Shown here one piece after another: positions 38,936 to 49,168 of a DNA stretch of 64,000 nucleotides (position 1 is the first letter of the stretch; the number at the start of each line of letters is the position of its first letter). The notes under the pieces were generated by a model that was not told the origin of the DNA, made no database searches, and was given only the letters and a program-made list of their open reading frames with translations. Made by a program: the position numbers and the translations under genes. Source of the DNA: Spirochaetia bacterium (GTDB lineage Bacteria > Spirochaetota > Spirochaetia > SZUA-6 > Bin103); the NCBI GenBank assembly GCA_965203905.1, contig CBDBDQ010000005.1, positions 6,880,001 to 6,944,000 of the forward strand, in the 5' to 3' direction.

Positions 38936-40174
38936 ATGGCAAAAACCGATCAGGGAACGCGCTACGGTAACATCGGCGTGCTTGACGTGCGCAACGCAGA
39001 CCCAGATGCGATACGCGCCATACACAGCATCGGCAACGTGGGGTTGCTGCTCTTCGGAGCGGACACCCGGCCGCTAATCAACGCCCTACCGATCGGCAAT
39101 CTCGGTGACATGGTGGAGGCGGCGGCGCACTGCAGGGTGGAAATGGGCGCGGTGCGGTTGGACAGCGCCGCGCTGAGCAATCGCTCCGCGCCGATCAACA
39201 TGATCGTCATGGGTCAAGTAGTGATAGCGCCCGATGTGTCGTCTGCCGACATCGAGCAGGGGGTGGAGGCACTCATCTCGATGGGCAGTCTCGTCTGCCC
39301 AGACAACCTGATCGGTGTGCTCCGGCCGAAGATCCATGGGCTGATGGGAGAAGCGACCAGCTACCCCGCCGGCTGTGAGCTGTTCGTGGTCTCCGGAGCG
39401 CTGGAGTTGGACCACCAGGCCCTCGCCGCCATGAAGGATCGAACGGCGCTGTTGGTGAACGGACGCCTGGTCGTGCCTGAGACCCTTCCGAGCGAGCTGC
39501 TGGAGCGCAAGCTCGGTTGGATCAAGGTGAACGGGAAGCTGCTGTGCAATGAGGAGAATTTGCCGCTGATCCACCTTCTGGTGGAGGATCAATCGACGAT
39601 GCGCGTCACGGTGCTGCCCGCCGGATTCCGCTACCTCGATCGAGCGCTGACAATCGACAGCACGTTTCTCAGATTCAGTGGTGCCGCCAAGCTGTATTGC
39701 CGCAGGCGGGTCGTAGTGGATGCCGCGGTCACGGCTGCCGAGTTGGACCAGTACCTGGTGGCCGTGCGCTGTAGCGACCGGATTCTGGCCTCGGTAGCGC
39801 TGCGCGACGTGTTCGCCCCCAAGTGCGACCTGACGCAGGATCGGGTGCTGTTCTACGACGGCACGCTGTGGCTGGCGGACGACGACACGACAATTACGGC
39901 CGAACGTCTTACCTCCCTGGAAGGAGCGACCACGCTGTGGGTCGGTGGGGAACTGACGATCAAGGAGGCCGTGACTCCAGAGATGTTGGTTGAGAAGCTG
40001 GCCAAGGTGCACAACCATGGCACGATTCTCGGTAGCCCTGGGCAGATGAGCGCGTTGCAACTGTTGTTGGGTGACAACGAGGGTGAGTTGCGTGACCTCA
40101 GTGTGGACGAGGAAGCGGACGCGGAAGAGCCGGAGTGGCGAGGAGTCCGGAACGCCGGCTACCTGGTGCTGTGA
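38936..40174 (+). CDS. Uncharacterised soluble repeat protein, 412 aa
   Basis: GAGGAGG RBS 19 bp after sigma stop; about four ~80-aa internal repeats; no obvious transmembrane segment. Confidence 0.8.
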   Translation: MAKTDQGTRYGNIGVLDVRNADPDAIRAIHSIGNVGLLLFGADTRPLINALPIGNLGDMVEAAAHCRVEMGAVRLDSAALSNRSAPINMIVMGQVVIAPDVSSADIEQGVEALISMGSLVCPDNLIGVLRPKIHGLMGEATSYPAGCELFVVSGALELDHQALAAMKDRTALLVNGRLVVPETLPSELLERKLGWIKVNGKLLCNEENLPLIHLLVEDQSTMRVTVLPAGFRYLDRALTIDSTFLRFSGAAKLYCRRRVVVDAAVTAAELDQYLVAVRCSDRILASVALRDVFAPKCDLTQDRVLFYDGTLWLADDDTTITAERLTSLEGATTLWVGGELTIKEAVTPEMLVEKLAKVHNHGTILGSPGQMSALQLLLGDNEGELRDLSVDEEADAEEPEWRGVRNAGYLVL

Positions 40175-40471
40175 TCAAAGAACAGCGAGGAGCGCATCGA
40201 TGTATTTTGACGTTCCATACCAGAAGAGCGTAAAGAGCGCCGGCTGGTACGCCTCGTGGACCTGCACCCCAGCGGCATTTTTCCTAATTCAGTTGTCGGT
40301 GATGTGAGGGGGCGGCACCGCGGGTATCGGCGCCGGCCGCCAACAGAACGGCGGCCGGCGCGCGTACCGAGGGGCTTGGGGGGCCGACGGGGATCTGCGA
40401 GTGCGGATAGGTCTGGGCGACCTCCAGAACACCATCCGTTCGACTTCATCACGCATCCCTTCAAAGCCGCC

Positions 40472-40737
40472 GCGCCGGAGCGGCCCGCGCGCGGCTCATC
40501 ACCGCGCCGATGCTGGCCGCGGCCGCCGCGGCGAACTCCTCCGCGTCCTGCTCCGCCACGCCCGGAGACGGCTGGTGCAACGGCGCGGGCCGGGTCTCAG
40601 CCGCGACCAGGTTACCGTCCGTGTCGTACAGCCCGGCCTTGACCGCGCTGATCCCCAGGTCCACGCCGATCAGATACTCCTGCCCCACGCTCCCCTTGTA
40701 CTCGCTGTCACCCGTACCCGCAAGCGCGGCCCTCCAC
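40472..40737 (-). pseudogene. Direct repeat copy 2: truncated FGGY kinase N-terminus
   Basis: VGQEYLIGVDLGISAVKAGLYD...MSRARAAPA, then diverges and stops at 40461. Confidence 0.9.
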
Positions 40738-41019
40738 CGGCGGCAGCGTTTCGACTCGATGGTGGCCTCGACGGCAGCCTGCGCGACACGACCTCGGCCG
40801 GCTGAGCGGCGACGGTGCAGCAGGCATCCCACGCCATGTTGCCGGCCGACGATCCGGAAGAAATCCCGGAAGTGCAAGAAACACTTGACGCGTTCTTACG
40901 CGCTCATGGCGACCTCTATGGGACGTTGCGACGCTTGGACACTATTTCGATCGTCATTGACGGACCTCACTCCAGTGCCGCCAAGGCGAGTCGGTTCTAT
41001 CGACATCGGCACCGCAGCC

Positions 41020-41637
41020 TCACAACTGCCGCTGCATGAGGTCGGCGACTTCGTTTTCGTTGGGTTTGCCCGACTCGCGCAGTGCCGCGATGACCCGTTG
41101 GCGTCTCGCTGACGAGTGATTCTGGTTCAGCTTCCAGGTGGCCTCGATTCGCTGCACGTCGATGGTGAATGCCACGATGCCGCCGAGGAGGCCGTCCATG
41201 TAGCCGGTCTCGTCGGCGGGAATGGTCCACGGCTCGGGTAACCCGGCTTCGAAGTGAGCGACGAAATCGGCAACCATCCGGCGCTTAGCCTTGATCTCCG
41301 TCTCCAGGCGCGCCTTGCCATGCAGGTGCACGGTGACGTAGTTCCACGTAGGCACCAACCGGCGCTCGCGATACCACCGCGCCGAGACGTAGCAATGCGG
41401 CCCGTTGAAGACCATCGCGGCGGGGCGGTCGTCGAGACTGCGCCAGTGGTCGTTCGCCTTTGCCACATGGGCGCGCAGCAGGCAGTGCCGCCCTTGACCC
41501 CGATCCACCAGCACCGGCAGATGGCTGATTACCGGACCCGCGGCACCCTCGCTGATCAACACCCCGAACCCCTGCTGTTCGACAAAGTCGAGATTGACGC
41601 CGACCTCCGGCTCTCGGAACGGATGAGGGGTGTACAC
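41020..41637 (-). CDS. paiB: FMN-binding negative transcriptional regulator (PaiB family)
   Basis: MYTPHPF, SHLP, AHVAKAN, GPHCYVS..WY, VPTWNY.TVH. Confidence 0.9.
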   Translation of the reverse strand: MYTPHPFREPEVGVNLDFVEQQGFGVLISEGAAGPVISHLPVLVDRGQGRHCLLRAHVAKANDHWRSLDDRPAAMVFNGPHCYVSARWYRERRLVPTWNYVTVHLHGKARLETEIKAKRRMVADFVAHFEAGLPEPWTIPADETGYMDGLLGGIVAFTIDVQRIEATWKLNQNHSSARRQRVIAALRESGKPNENEVADLMQRQL

Positions 41638-42206
41638 TAGCGCAACTCCTCGCCGGCCAATTCACCGGCATCATTCGCCGCGGACTGTCTTGCGAGTGCT
41701 TGCTTGATGGCGGCTGTCAACGGTCGCGCGTCGGCCAGAGCCATGCGCGGTGCCGAGAACACGCCGCCGCCGATTCTCTCCCCCGGGAGTCGTGGGAGCA
41801 ACTGAAAGTGCAGGTGTGACAATGCTCCCGAGCACATGGTGACCTGATAGACTTTGTCGCATCCCGTCGCCTGCTTCAGTGCCCGTGTCAATCGCAACAT
41901 CACTTTCATCAGGTGACACCCGAGGGCTTCTGGTAACTCAGCGATGTCAGCGAAGTGACTCTTGGAAATGACGATCGTGTGGCCGAGAGCGCGCGGGAAG
42001 CGTTCCAGTACGGCGAACGAATGCTCGTCGCCGAGGATCAATTCGCCCTGCTCGTTCGCCGTGGCCTCTCCAGTCTGGATCTCACGACAGGTCGGGCAGA
42101 CGCCGTTCGCCGCAAGCTGGTCCCACTTGCGGCTGATGTCGGAACGGAGCGCCAGATCGGTAGCGGTAGCGACGCGCAAACAGTTGGCGAACGTGGCGGT
42201 CGGCAT
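41637..42206 (-). CDS. HIT family protein
   Basis: CPTC, PRALGHTIVI...H, SHLHFQLLPR. Confidence 0.85.
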   Translation of the reverse strand: MPTATFANCLRVATATDLALRSDISRKWDQLAANGVCPTCREIQTGEATANEQGELILGDEHSFAVLERFPRALGHTIVISKSHFADIAELPEALGCHLMKVMLRLTRALKQATGCDKVYQVTMCSGALSHLHFQLLPRLPGERIGGGVFSAPRMALADARPLTAAIKQALARQSAANDAGELAGEELR

Positions 42207-42443
42207 GCGGTGAATATATGGTGCCGAGTCGATATGTGGCGACCATGCCTCGAATCGGGTCAGCGTGCGGCCCGATCAGGCCAACGTATCGTCATCAGGC
42301 CGTCGATACCATACGTGCCGCGTCTGCCGCTCCCCGCGGTCAGCTACGCCGCCGCGCGCAGTGCGCCTGCTGCCCGGTTGGCGCGTGCGCGGGCCCGATG
42401 GGTAAGTTCGATCGTGTCGTTCCCGGGCGGCGCCGGATGCGTC

Positions 42444-42926
42444 ATGATGACAATGCCCATGAGCGTGACAGTCGAGGCGACGGACGATCCGACTGAGATC
42501 GTCGCACTGTTCAAGCAGGTGCATGAAGAGCACAGACGGCGGCGTCCCGATTGGTTCAAGCCGTTTGATCGATTGGCGGCACTGGAAGGGTTACACTTCC
42601 TCCTGCTGCGTGAGAGCGCGCGACTATTGGTGGCCCACGTCTCGGGAGTCTGCGTAGGATACGCCATGGTGTGCGATCGGATTCGAGACGAGAATCCGTT
42701 TCGGTACGCCAGTCGGTCCCTGGTTGTCGACCAGATGGCCGTCTCCAGCCAACATCGTCGGCGAGGGATCGGGGCGCTGCTGATGGACCGGATCCGAACG
42801 GAGGCCGCGCGGCGAGGAGCACAGCGCGTCGAGTTACACGTGTATACCGATAACGACGACGCTCGACGGTTCTACGAGGCGCAGGGCTTCATACGCTTCC
42901 AGGACGTGCTGGAGTCGAACCTGTAG
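42444..42926 (+). CDS. GNAT family N-acetyltransferase
   Basis: HRRRGIGALLM, NDDARRFYEAQGF; start among several nearby ATGs. Confidence 0.88.
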   Translation: MMTMPMSVTVEATDDPTEIVALFKQVHEEHRRRRPDWFKPFDRLAALEGLHFLLLRESARLLVAHVSGVCVGYAMVCDRIRDENPFRYASRSLVVDQMAVSSQHRRRGIGALLMDRIRTEAARRGAQRVELHVYTDNDDARRFYEAQGFIRFQDVLESNL

Positions 42927-43030
42927 CTACTGCGTAATAGTAGGACAACGTATTATCCACGGCGCGAGCATCTCTGTATCCAACCAAGCAATGGCGTGCG
43001 CATACCACCTCGGGAAGCTTCGCTTGAAGG

Positions 43031-43741
43031 TCAGCGGGAAGCTCCGCTTGACGCGTACCTTTGGGCTTCCCTACACGACCTAGCCACCTCTGAACATGTT
43101 GAACTGTATCCGAGATGGTCTTCAATCAGCCGCGTGAGGACTAACCGCACCCATCCGCCATCGGTCAGGGAGCTGTCTTCGGTGTCTGGAAATTCATTCG
43201 TTCCCTGGGGATCGGTCCCATCCCGCAGGAAAACAACCCGATAGTTGAACTGAAATGCGTTCACGAGGGTGTAGAACAGACACGACTTGAAACTGAATCC
43301 AGCCACAAGCAGGGTCTCAATACCGCGATCTTTTGGACGCGGATCCAGGTCGGTGCCGATGAAGCCACTCTGCCCTCTTTTGCCGATTATGAGGTCTCCA
43401 TGTCGAGGCTCAATGCTCTCAGCCCAACAAGGCATCGCAGGATCGGCAACACCAGACCAGGACGACCTTCCTCGTCGCTCGTTGTGAATCTCATAAACCA
43501 TTTCCCTCGGCCCAGCGGGCCAAGGTCGATTGTAAAGATAGATAGGTCGGATCCCGACCGAGCGGCATGCAGCCAACGCCTGGGAGATGTGCGAATCGAC
43601 GATCGGATTGCAGGCGGGACCGCAATCACCGTCGCAATCTACTAGCAGGATCCCAGTCTTCTCTGACTCCAGATGCAGAGTTGAGTATGCACATTCCTGG
43701 ACCTGATCGCCCGTGAATCGAACTGGCAGTTGCAGCGGCAT
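43031..43741 (-). CDS. Isochorismatase-family cysteine hydrolase
   Basis: LLVDC, KRGQSGF.GTDL, LVAGF...SC, YRVVFLRD. Confidence 0.82.
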   Translation of the reverse strand: MPLQLPVRFTGDQVQECAYSTLHLESEKTGILLVDCDGDCGPACNPIVDSHISQALAACRSVGIRPIYLYNRPWPAGPREMVYEIHNERRGRSSWSGVADPAMPCWAESIEPRHGDLIIGKRGQSGFIGTDLDPRPKDRGIETLLVAGFSFKSCLFYTLVNAFQFNYRVVFLRDGTDPQGTNEFPDTEDSSLTDGGWVRLVLTRLIEDHLGYSSTCSEVARSCREAQRYASSGASR

Positions 43742-43964
43742 ATTATGCCAATACCGAGTTGCACAAAGGCACTCGGTTCAAGACGGAGGCTCCGTGCGCG
43801 GTGAACTTGCGGCCCCTACGTTGTGTCGTCATACGGCCTCCTCATCAACTGGTGTCTACCGCACATGGATCCTTGAGGATACCTTGCCGGGTTCGCCACC
43901 CGCAATGCCATCGCGCCGCGGTTGCGACGCCACCACTCCGCAGCCTGCGGGTAGTGTGGCATGC

Positions 43965-44050
43965 CAGGAGATCGACGAGTGAGCTTCCAGAGCGCGCCGA
44001 GCGGGATCGGCCCCTCGAGATGGAGGTGAAGCTCCACCTTCGGAAGCCAC
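43965..44050 (-). pseudogene. Adenosine-deaminase N-terminal fragment
   Basis: LPKVELHLHLEGPIP...LWKL; remainder absent. Confidence 0.6.
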
Positions 44051-44096
44051 CACAGATGGCGCTTGCCATTCGGCCACGGCAGGTGGACGATTGCGC

Positions 44097-45494
44097 ATGC
44101 CCAGCGACACCCCGGCGCCTCTCGAGGCCGCCGCCGACATCGAGCTGCTGTGCGCCTGGATCGAGGCGCGGATGGCGTACCGCGGCGAGCCGGGCCTGTC
44201 CATCGGTATCGTCCACGACCAGGAGCTGGTTTGGGCCCGCGGCTTCGGCTACGCCGACGTGGCCAACCGGGTCGCGGCGAGCGCCACCACCCGCTACCGG
44301 ATCGCGTCGGTCACCAAGCTGTTCACCAGCACCGCCATCCTGCTGCTACGCGACAGCGGCAAGCTCCAGCTCGACGATCCGGTCGATCGCCACCTGCCCT
44401 GGTTCGAGATCCGGCAGCCCCACCCCGACGCAGCGCCGGTCACCATCCGCCACCTGTTGACCCACACCTCGGGCCTGCCGCGCGAGGCGGCGTTTCCCTA
44501 TTGGACCGACGCCCGCTTCCCGAGCCGGGCACAGGTCAGGGAGACCCTGCCCCACCAGGAATCCGCCTACCCCACCGACACCCGCTGGAAGTACTCCAAC
44601 CTGGCACTGACCCTGGCCGGCGAGATCGTCGCCGCCGTTTCCGGTCGGCCCTGGGAGGAGTTCGTCCAGCGGCGCATCCTCGATCCTCTCGGCATGAGCG
44701 ACACCTTGCCCGGGCCGCCGCGGCCCGACGACCCCCGGCTGGCGGTGGGCTATGGCCGGCGTCTGCCCGGAGCGGAACGCGCCGTGCTCGACTCCGCCAC
44801 CGACTACGCGGGCATCGCGTACGCCGCCAACATGACCTCCACCGTCGCGGACCTGGCGAAGTTCGCACACCTCCAGTTTCGCGACGGGCCGGCCGGCGGC
44901 ACCCAGATCCTGCGCGGCAGCACGCTGCGGGAGATGCAGCGCGTGCACTGGCTCGATCCGAACTGGACCCAAGGCTGGGGCCTCGGCTTCAAGGTGATCC
45001 GGCGCCGGGACGCGACCTACGTCGGGCACAGCGGTCGGGTGCCCGGGCATCGTACCCAGGTGCTGTTGTGTCCCGCCGCCAAGACTGGGGTGATCGTGAT
45101 CGGCAACGCGGGCGACTGCGATCCGCTGCGCTACTGCGAGCGTGCCTTCGAGTTGATGCTGCCGGCGCCGACGAGAAGCGCCGCCGCGGAGCCGCAACCG
45201 GCACCGCCCGACCCCGGCTGGCAGCGCTACGTCGGCCGGTACCGCGATGCCTGGTTCGACACCCAGGTGATGATCCGCAACGGCGAGCTGGTGATGCTCG
45301 ATCCCACGGTAGACGAACCGCTCGCCACCCTCGCCACCCTGACGCCGGTGGCCGAGCACGTGTTCCGCTACGAGTCGGCCGACGGCTCCGGCCCCGTGGG
45401 CGAGCTGGCGGTGTTCGAGCTGGACGCCGCCGGCAAGGTGGCGCGGCTCAAGTACGGCGAGAACTACACCTACCCGGTAACGACCTGGGACTGA
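44097..45494 (+). CDS. Serine hydrolase, beta-lactamase class C-like
   Basis: IASVTK (SxxK), LLTHTSG, YSN, GHSG. Confidence 0.92.
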   Translation: MPSDTPAPLEAAADIELLCAWIEARMAYRGEPGLSIGIVHDQELVWARGFGYADVANRVAASATTRYRIASVTKLFTSTAILLLRDSGKLQLDDPVDRHLPWFEIRQPHPDAAPVTIRHLLTHTSGLPREAAFPYWTDARFPSRAQVRETLPHQESAYPTDTRWKYSNLALTLAGEIVAAVSGRPWEEFVQRRILDPLGMSDTLPGPPRPDDPRLAVGYGRRLPGAERAVLDSATDYAGIAYAANMTSTVADLAKFAHLQFRDGPAGGTQILRGSTLREMQRVHWLDPNWTQGWGLGFKVIRRRDATYVGHSGRVPGHRTQVLLCPAAKTGVIVIGNAGDCDPLRYCERAFELMLPAPTRSAAAEPQPAPPDPGWQRYVGRYRDAWFDTQVMIRNGELVMLDPTVDEPLATLATLTPVAEHVFRYESADGSGPVGELAVFELDAAGKVARLKYGENYTYPVTTWD

Positions 45495-45608
45495 AGACCG
45501 CGGCACGGCGCCGGGGCTTCACGGCACGCCGATCCGGGTTGTGCGCACGGCGGCGCTCGACGAGGGTCGCGCCAGCGTGATTGATTGGAGCCACAAGGGA
45601 GGGATCGT

Positions 45609-47999
45609 TTGGATCTGACTGACGCTCGAATCGAGTTGGCGACGGACTCGCCGCGCTGCCGGCAGGCGCGCACGGTGTTGGCCGAGGAGGTGGCGCGCCG
45701 CGCGCAGCAGGTGTGGCCGGCGGCCGCCGGGAGCGGCCCGCGCATCGTCCTGCGTGACGCGGCGACCGCGGTGCGGGAGGGCGCGCGCTGGTCGGCGCAG
45801 GAGGCGCAGTCGTTCCGTGGCGCGGAGTTCACCGCGCGGCCGGAGGGATTCCGCATCGAGCGCGAGGGCGACACGCTCGGCGTCACCGGCAACGATGCCC
45901 GCGGCGTGCTGTACGGCGTGGGGTGGCTGCTGCGCCACCTGGAGGTGCGCCGCTGCTCGGTGTTGCTGCCCGACTCGGCTCTGGCCACGGGAACGGTTGC
46001 CACGGCGCCGCACTACCCCCTGCGCGGGCACCAGGTCGGCTACCGGCCGAAGACCAACTCCTACGTCGGCTGGACCGTCGCCGAGTGGGAGCAGTACCTG
46101 CGCGAGCTGGCCCTGTTCGGGGCCAACGCGGTCGAGGTCATACCGCCGCGCTCGGACGACGAGGCCGATTCCGACCACTTTCCGCTGCCCCAGATCGACA
46201 TGATGGCCGCGGTATCCGCCATCGCGGACCGCTATGACCTCGACCTGTGGATCTGGTTTCCGGCGCTGGACGACGACTACGGCGACGCGGCCACGGTGCG
46301 GCACGCCCTGGCGGAGTGGCGCGAGGTGTTCGCGCGCCTGCCGCGGGTCGACGCGGTGTTCATTCCCGGCGGCGACCCGGGCGCCACCCCGGCGCACCTG
46401 CTGCTGGCCCTGGCCGAGCGCCAGAAGCAGTCTCTCAACGAGCTGCATCCCGCGGCCCAGGTGTGGATCGCGCCGCAGGGATTCCACGGCGCCGACGAGG
46501 CCCACTTCTACGCCGCCCTGGAGGAGGGCCTGGACTGGCTCGACGGCGTGATCTTCGGGCCCTGGATCCACCTCACGCCGGAGGCGTTCCGCGCGCGGGT
46601 GCCGGCGCGCTATCCGGTGCGCCTGTACCCGGACATCACTCACTGCTGGTCATGCCAGTATCCGGTTCCCGACTGGGACCCGGCGCTCGCCGCCTGCCAG
46701 GGGCGCGAGCCGATCAACCCGCGCCCGCGCGACCAGGCGCGCATCGTGGCGCTGAGCGCCCCCCACTCCAGCGGCGCCCTCACCTACTGCGAGGGCAACA
46801 ACGACGACCTCAACAAGGCCGTGTGGAGCGCGCTGCTGTGGGACCCGGAGGCGGATCTCGACGCGGTGCTGCGCCAGTACGGGCGCCTGTTCGTGCACCC
46901 CGACCTGGCCGACGGGGTAGCGGCGGGGATCCTGGGGCTGGAGCAGAACTGGCGCGGGCCGCTGCTGGCCAACGGCGCGGTGGACACCACCCTGCTGCGC
47001 TTCCAGGCGCTGGAGCGGGCGGCGCCGCCGCGGGTGCTGAAGAGCTGGCGCTTCCTGCAGCTCCTCTACCGCGCCTGCTCCGACGCCTACGTCCGCGAAC
47101 GGGCGCTGGCCGAAGGCGCCGCATGGACCCGCGCCATGGGCGAGCTCAGGCGCGCTCCCGACCTCGGCGCGGGAACGGCGTGCGACCGTGCCCTGCGGCT
47201 GCTCGACGAGGCCGCCGCCGAGGCGCGCCAGGGCGAGCTGCGGGCACGCGTCTACGCGCTGGCGGAGGCGCTGTTCCAGAACATCCACGTGCAGCTCTCG
47301 GTGCCGCGCTACGGCGCCCAGGCGGTGCGCCGCGGCGCCAGCCTGGACGGCCTCGAGTACCCGCTCAACGACCGCCTCTGGCTGCACCAGCGCTGCGCCG
47401 AGATCGCCGCGCTGGCGTCGGAGCCGGAGCGCCTGGCCGCGGTGGACGCGATCCTGCGCCGCACCGACCCGGGACCGGGCGGCCGGTACGACAACCTGGG
47501 CGAGGCGGCGCAGCAGGCGCACCTGGTGTCCGGCCCGGGCTTCGATGAAGATCCCTCGTTCCTGCACTCGGCGCTGCGCGGCTTCGCCATCCCCTACCCG
47601 GCGGCGCCGATCCCCTGCGCCTGGCTCACCCAGGCGGAGTCGATCGGCCACGGCCCGTTGCAGCTGCGCTACCGGGGCCTCGACCCGGCCGCCGGCTACC
47701 GCGTGGTGGTGGTGTACGGGGGCGAGCGCCGGCCGGGCTCCCTGGCGCGGGTGCGCATGGATGCGGTAGGGGGAGATGGCGTCCCGCACGTGGTGCACGG
47801 CTGGATCGACAAGCCGGATCCACGCGGCCCGCAGGGTTTCGATCTGCCCGCCGGCAGCACGGCCGGCGGCGCAGCGACCCTGCAGGTGTTCCACGAGGAG
47901 AGCGGCGGCCCCGGGCGCGGCGCCCAGGTGAGCGAGATCTGGCTGCAACGCCGCGACCGCGCCGCCCTGGAAACGCCCCCTGCAGAGCGCCGCGCGTAG
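45609..47999 (+). CDS. Uncharacterised glycoside-hydrolase-like protein
   Basis: PEGFRI...VTGNDARGVLYGVGWLLR (GH20/GH67-type N-terminal domain), RGHQVGYRPKTNSY, TIM-barrel-like middle; TTG start after GGGAGG. Confidence 0.7.
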   Translation: MDLTDARIELATDSPRCRQARTVLAEEVARRAQQVWPAAAGSGPRIVLRDAATAVREGARWSAQEAQSFRGAEFTARPEGFRIEREGDTLGVTGNDARGVLYGVGWLLRHLEVRRCSVLLPDSALATGTVATAPHYPLRGHQVGYRPKTNSYVGWTVAEWEQYLRELALFGANAVEVIPPRSDDEADSDHFPLPQIDMMAAVSAIADRYDLDLWIWFPALDDDYGDAATVRHALAEWREVFARLPRVDAVFIPGGDPGATPAHLLLALAERQKQSLNELHPAAQVWIAPQGFHGADEAHFYAALEEGLDWLDGVIFGPWIHLTPEAFRARVPARYPVRLYPDITHCWSCQYPVPDWDPALAACQGREPINPRPRDQARIVALSAPHSSGALTYCEGNNDDLNKAVWSALLWDPEADLDAVLRQYGRLFVHPDLADGVAAGILGLEQNWRGPLLANGAVDTTLLRFQALERAAPPRVLKSWRFLQLLYRACSDAYVRERALAEGAAWTRAMGELRRAPDLGAGTACDRALRLLDEAAAEARQGELRARVYALAEALFQNIHVQLSVPRYGAQAVRRGASLDGLEYPLNDRLWLHQRCAEIAALASEPERLAAVDAILRRTDPGPGGRYDNLGEAAQQAHLVSGPGFDEDPSFLHSALRGFAIPYPAAPIPCAWLTQAESIGHGPLQLRYRGLDPAAGYRVVVVYGGERRPGSLARVRMDAVGGDGVPHVVHGWIDKPDPRGPQGFDLPAGSTAGGAATLQVFHEESGGPGRGAQVSEIWLQRRDRAALETPPAERRA

Positions 48000-48007
48000 C
48001 CCGTGCG

Positions 48008-49087
48008 CTACGCCTCGGGGGCGGGCGGCTCCACGGACAGCTTGCCGGCCCAGGGCGCCAACCCCTGCATGATGCCGGGGCTGAGCGGCACGCCGTCCGC
48101 CAGCGCCGCCGCACGGTGGGCGCGGGCGCCGTCACCCGGAATGCGCACGCCGTCGCTCCACGGCGCCGCGGGGCTGGCCCGGCACTGCTGCGCCAGGTAG
48201 GCGGTGGCCTGCAGGAAGACGCCGGCGCCGGCGAAGCGGGCGGGGGCCAGCGCCTGCACGAACACGCCGCAGCCCCACTGGTCGGCCTGCCCGTCGCGGC
48301 CGAGGCCGGACAGACCCTGGGTCAGCGCCTCGATCGCCAGCCCCAGGCCGAAGCCCTTGTGGCCGTGGTCCACGCCGCCGATCGGCAGGATGGTGCCGGT
48401 GGCCTCGCCGGTGCGGCCGAAGGCGGACGGCGTCATGGCGCCGGGGTCGGCGGTGGGATTGCCGGCGGCGTCCTGCAGCCAGGCGCCCGGAAACTGCCCG
48501 CCGCGCTGCGCCAGCCGCGCGGCCATGCCGTTGGTGGTGATCGAGGCGCTGATGTCCACCAGGATGGCGGCCCCCGGGTCGGCGGTGGGAATCCCGAAGG
48601 CGATCGGGTTGGGTGTGTACACCGCGTGCGTGCCGCCGTAGGGAGCCACCGACTCCACCGAGGGGTCGGAGCAGGTGACGATCACCATCAGGCCGCGCTC
48701 GGTGGCGGCCTCCAGGTAGGTGGCCAGGCAGCCGATATGGCTGCAGCGCCGGATCGAGACGATGCCCACCCCGTGGGCCGCGGCGCGCTCCGCGGCCGTG
48801 TCGACCGCCTGCGCCGTGAGCCACACCCCGGGCCGGTAGTCGCCGTCCCAGACGCACACCGCGCCGCCGTCGGAGACCACCTCGTGGCTCCCCGTCAGGG
48901 TCGTGCGGCCCTCGTCCGCCTCGGTCAAATAGGGCGGCAGCAGCGCCAGGCCGTGGGTGGTGTGACCCATCACGTCCGCCGCCACCAGGTGCGCCGCCGT
49001 GACCCGCGCCGGTTCCTCCGGGTAGCCCACGCCGCGCAGCAGCTCCGCGGCGTAGTGTTGCAGTGCTTCGTGTCGATAGTGTTCCAT
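48008..49087 (-). CDS. Ldh_2 family (malate/L-lactate/sulfolactate) oxidoreductase
   Basis: GHTTHG, SHIG, TPNPIAFG, DISAS, GHKGFGL, RIPG. Confidence 0.9.
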   Translation of the reverse strand: MEHYRHEALQHYAAELLRGVGYPEEPARVTAAHLVAADVMGHTTHGLALLPPYLTEADEGRTTLTGSHEVVSDGGAVCVWDGDYRPGVWLTAQAVDTAAERAAAHGVGIVSIRRCSHIGCLATYLEAATERGLMVIVTCSDPSVESVAPYGGTHAVYTPNPIAFGIPTADPGAAILVDISASITTNGMAARLAQRGGQFPGAWLQDAAGNPTADPGAMTPSAFGRTGEATGTILPIGGVDHGHKGFGLGLAIEALTQGLSGLGRDGQADQWGCGVFVQALAPARFAGAGVFLQATAYLAQQCRASPAAPWSDGVRIPGDGARAHRAAALADGVPLSPGIMQGLAPWAGKLSVEPPAPEA

Positions 49088-49168
49088 GGTGCCGGGCCAC
49101 TCTACCGTCCCGGCGTCACGCTGGCCACCCACCGCGTTGCCGCGGAATCGCGAGGTAATCACACGAAG

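Noticed and set aside
37698-40737. DGR template/variable repeat pair
   Set aside because: Many mismatches are G/C swaps rather than adenine-specific, the repeat is at a 5' end, and no reverse transcriptase is present
40738-44060. Integron cassette array
   Set aside because: Mixed gene orientations, no recognisable attC sites, no integrase
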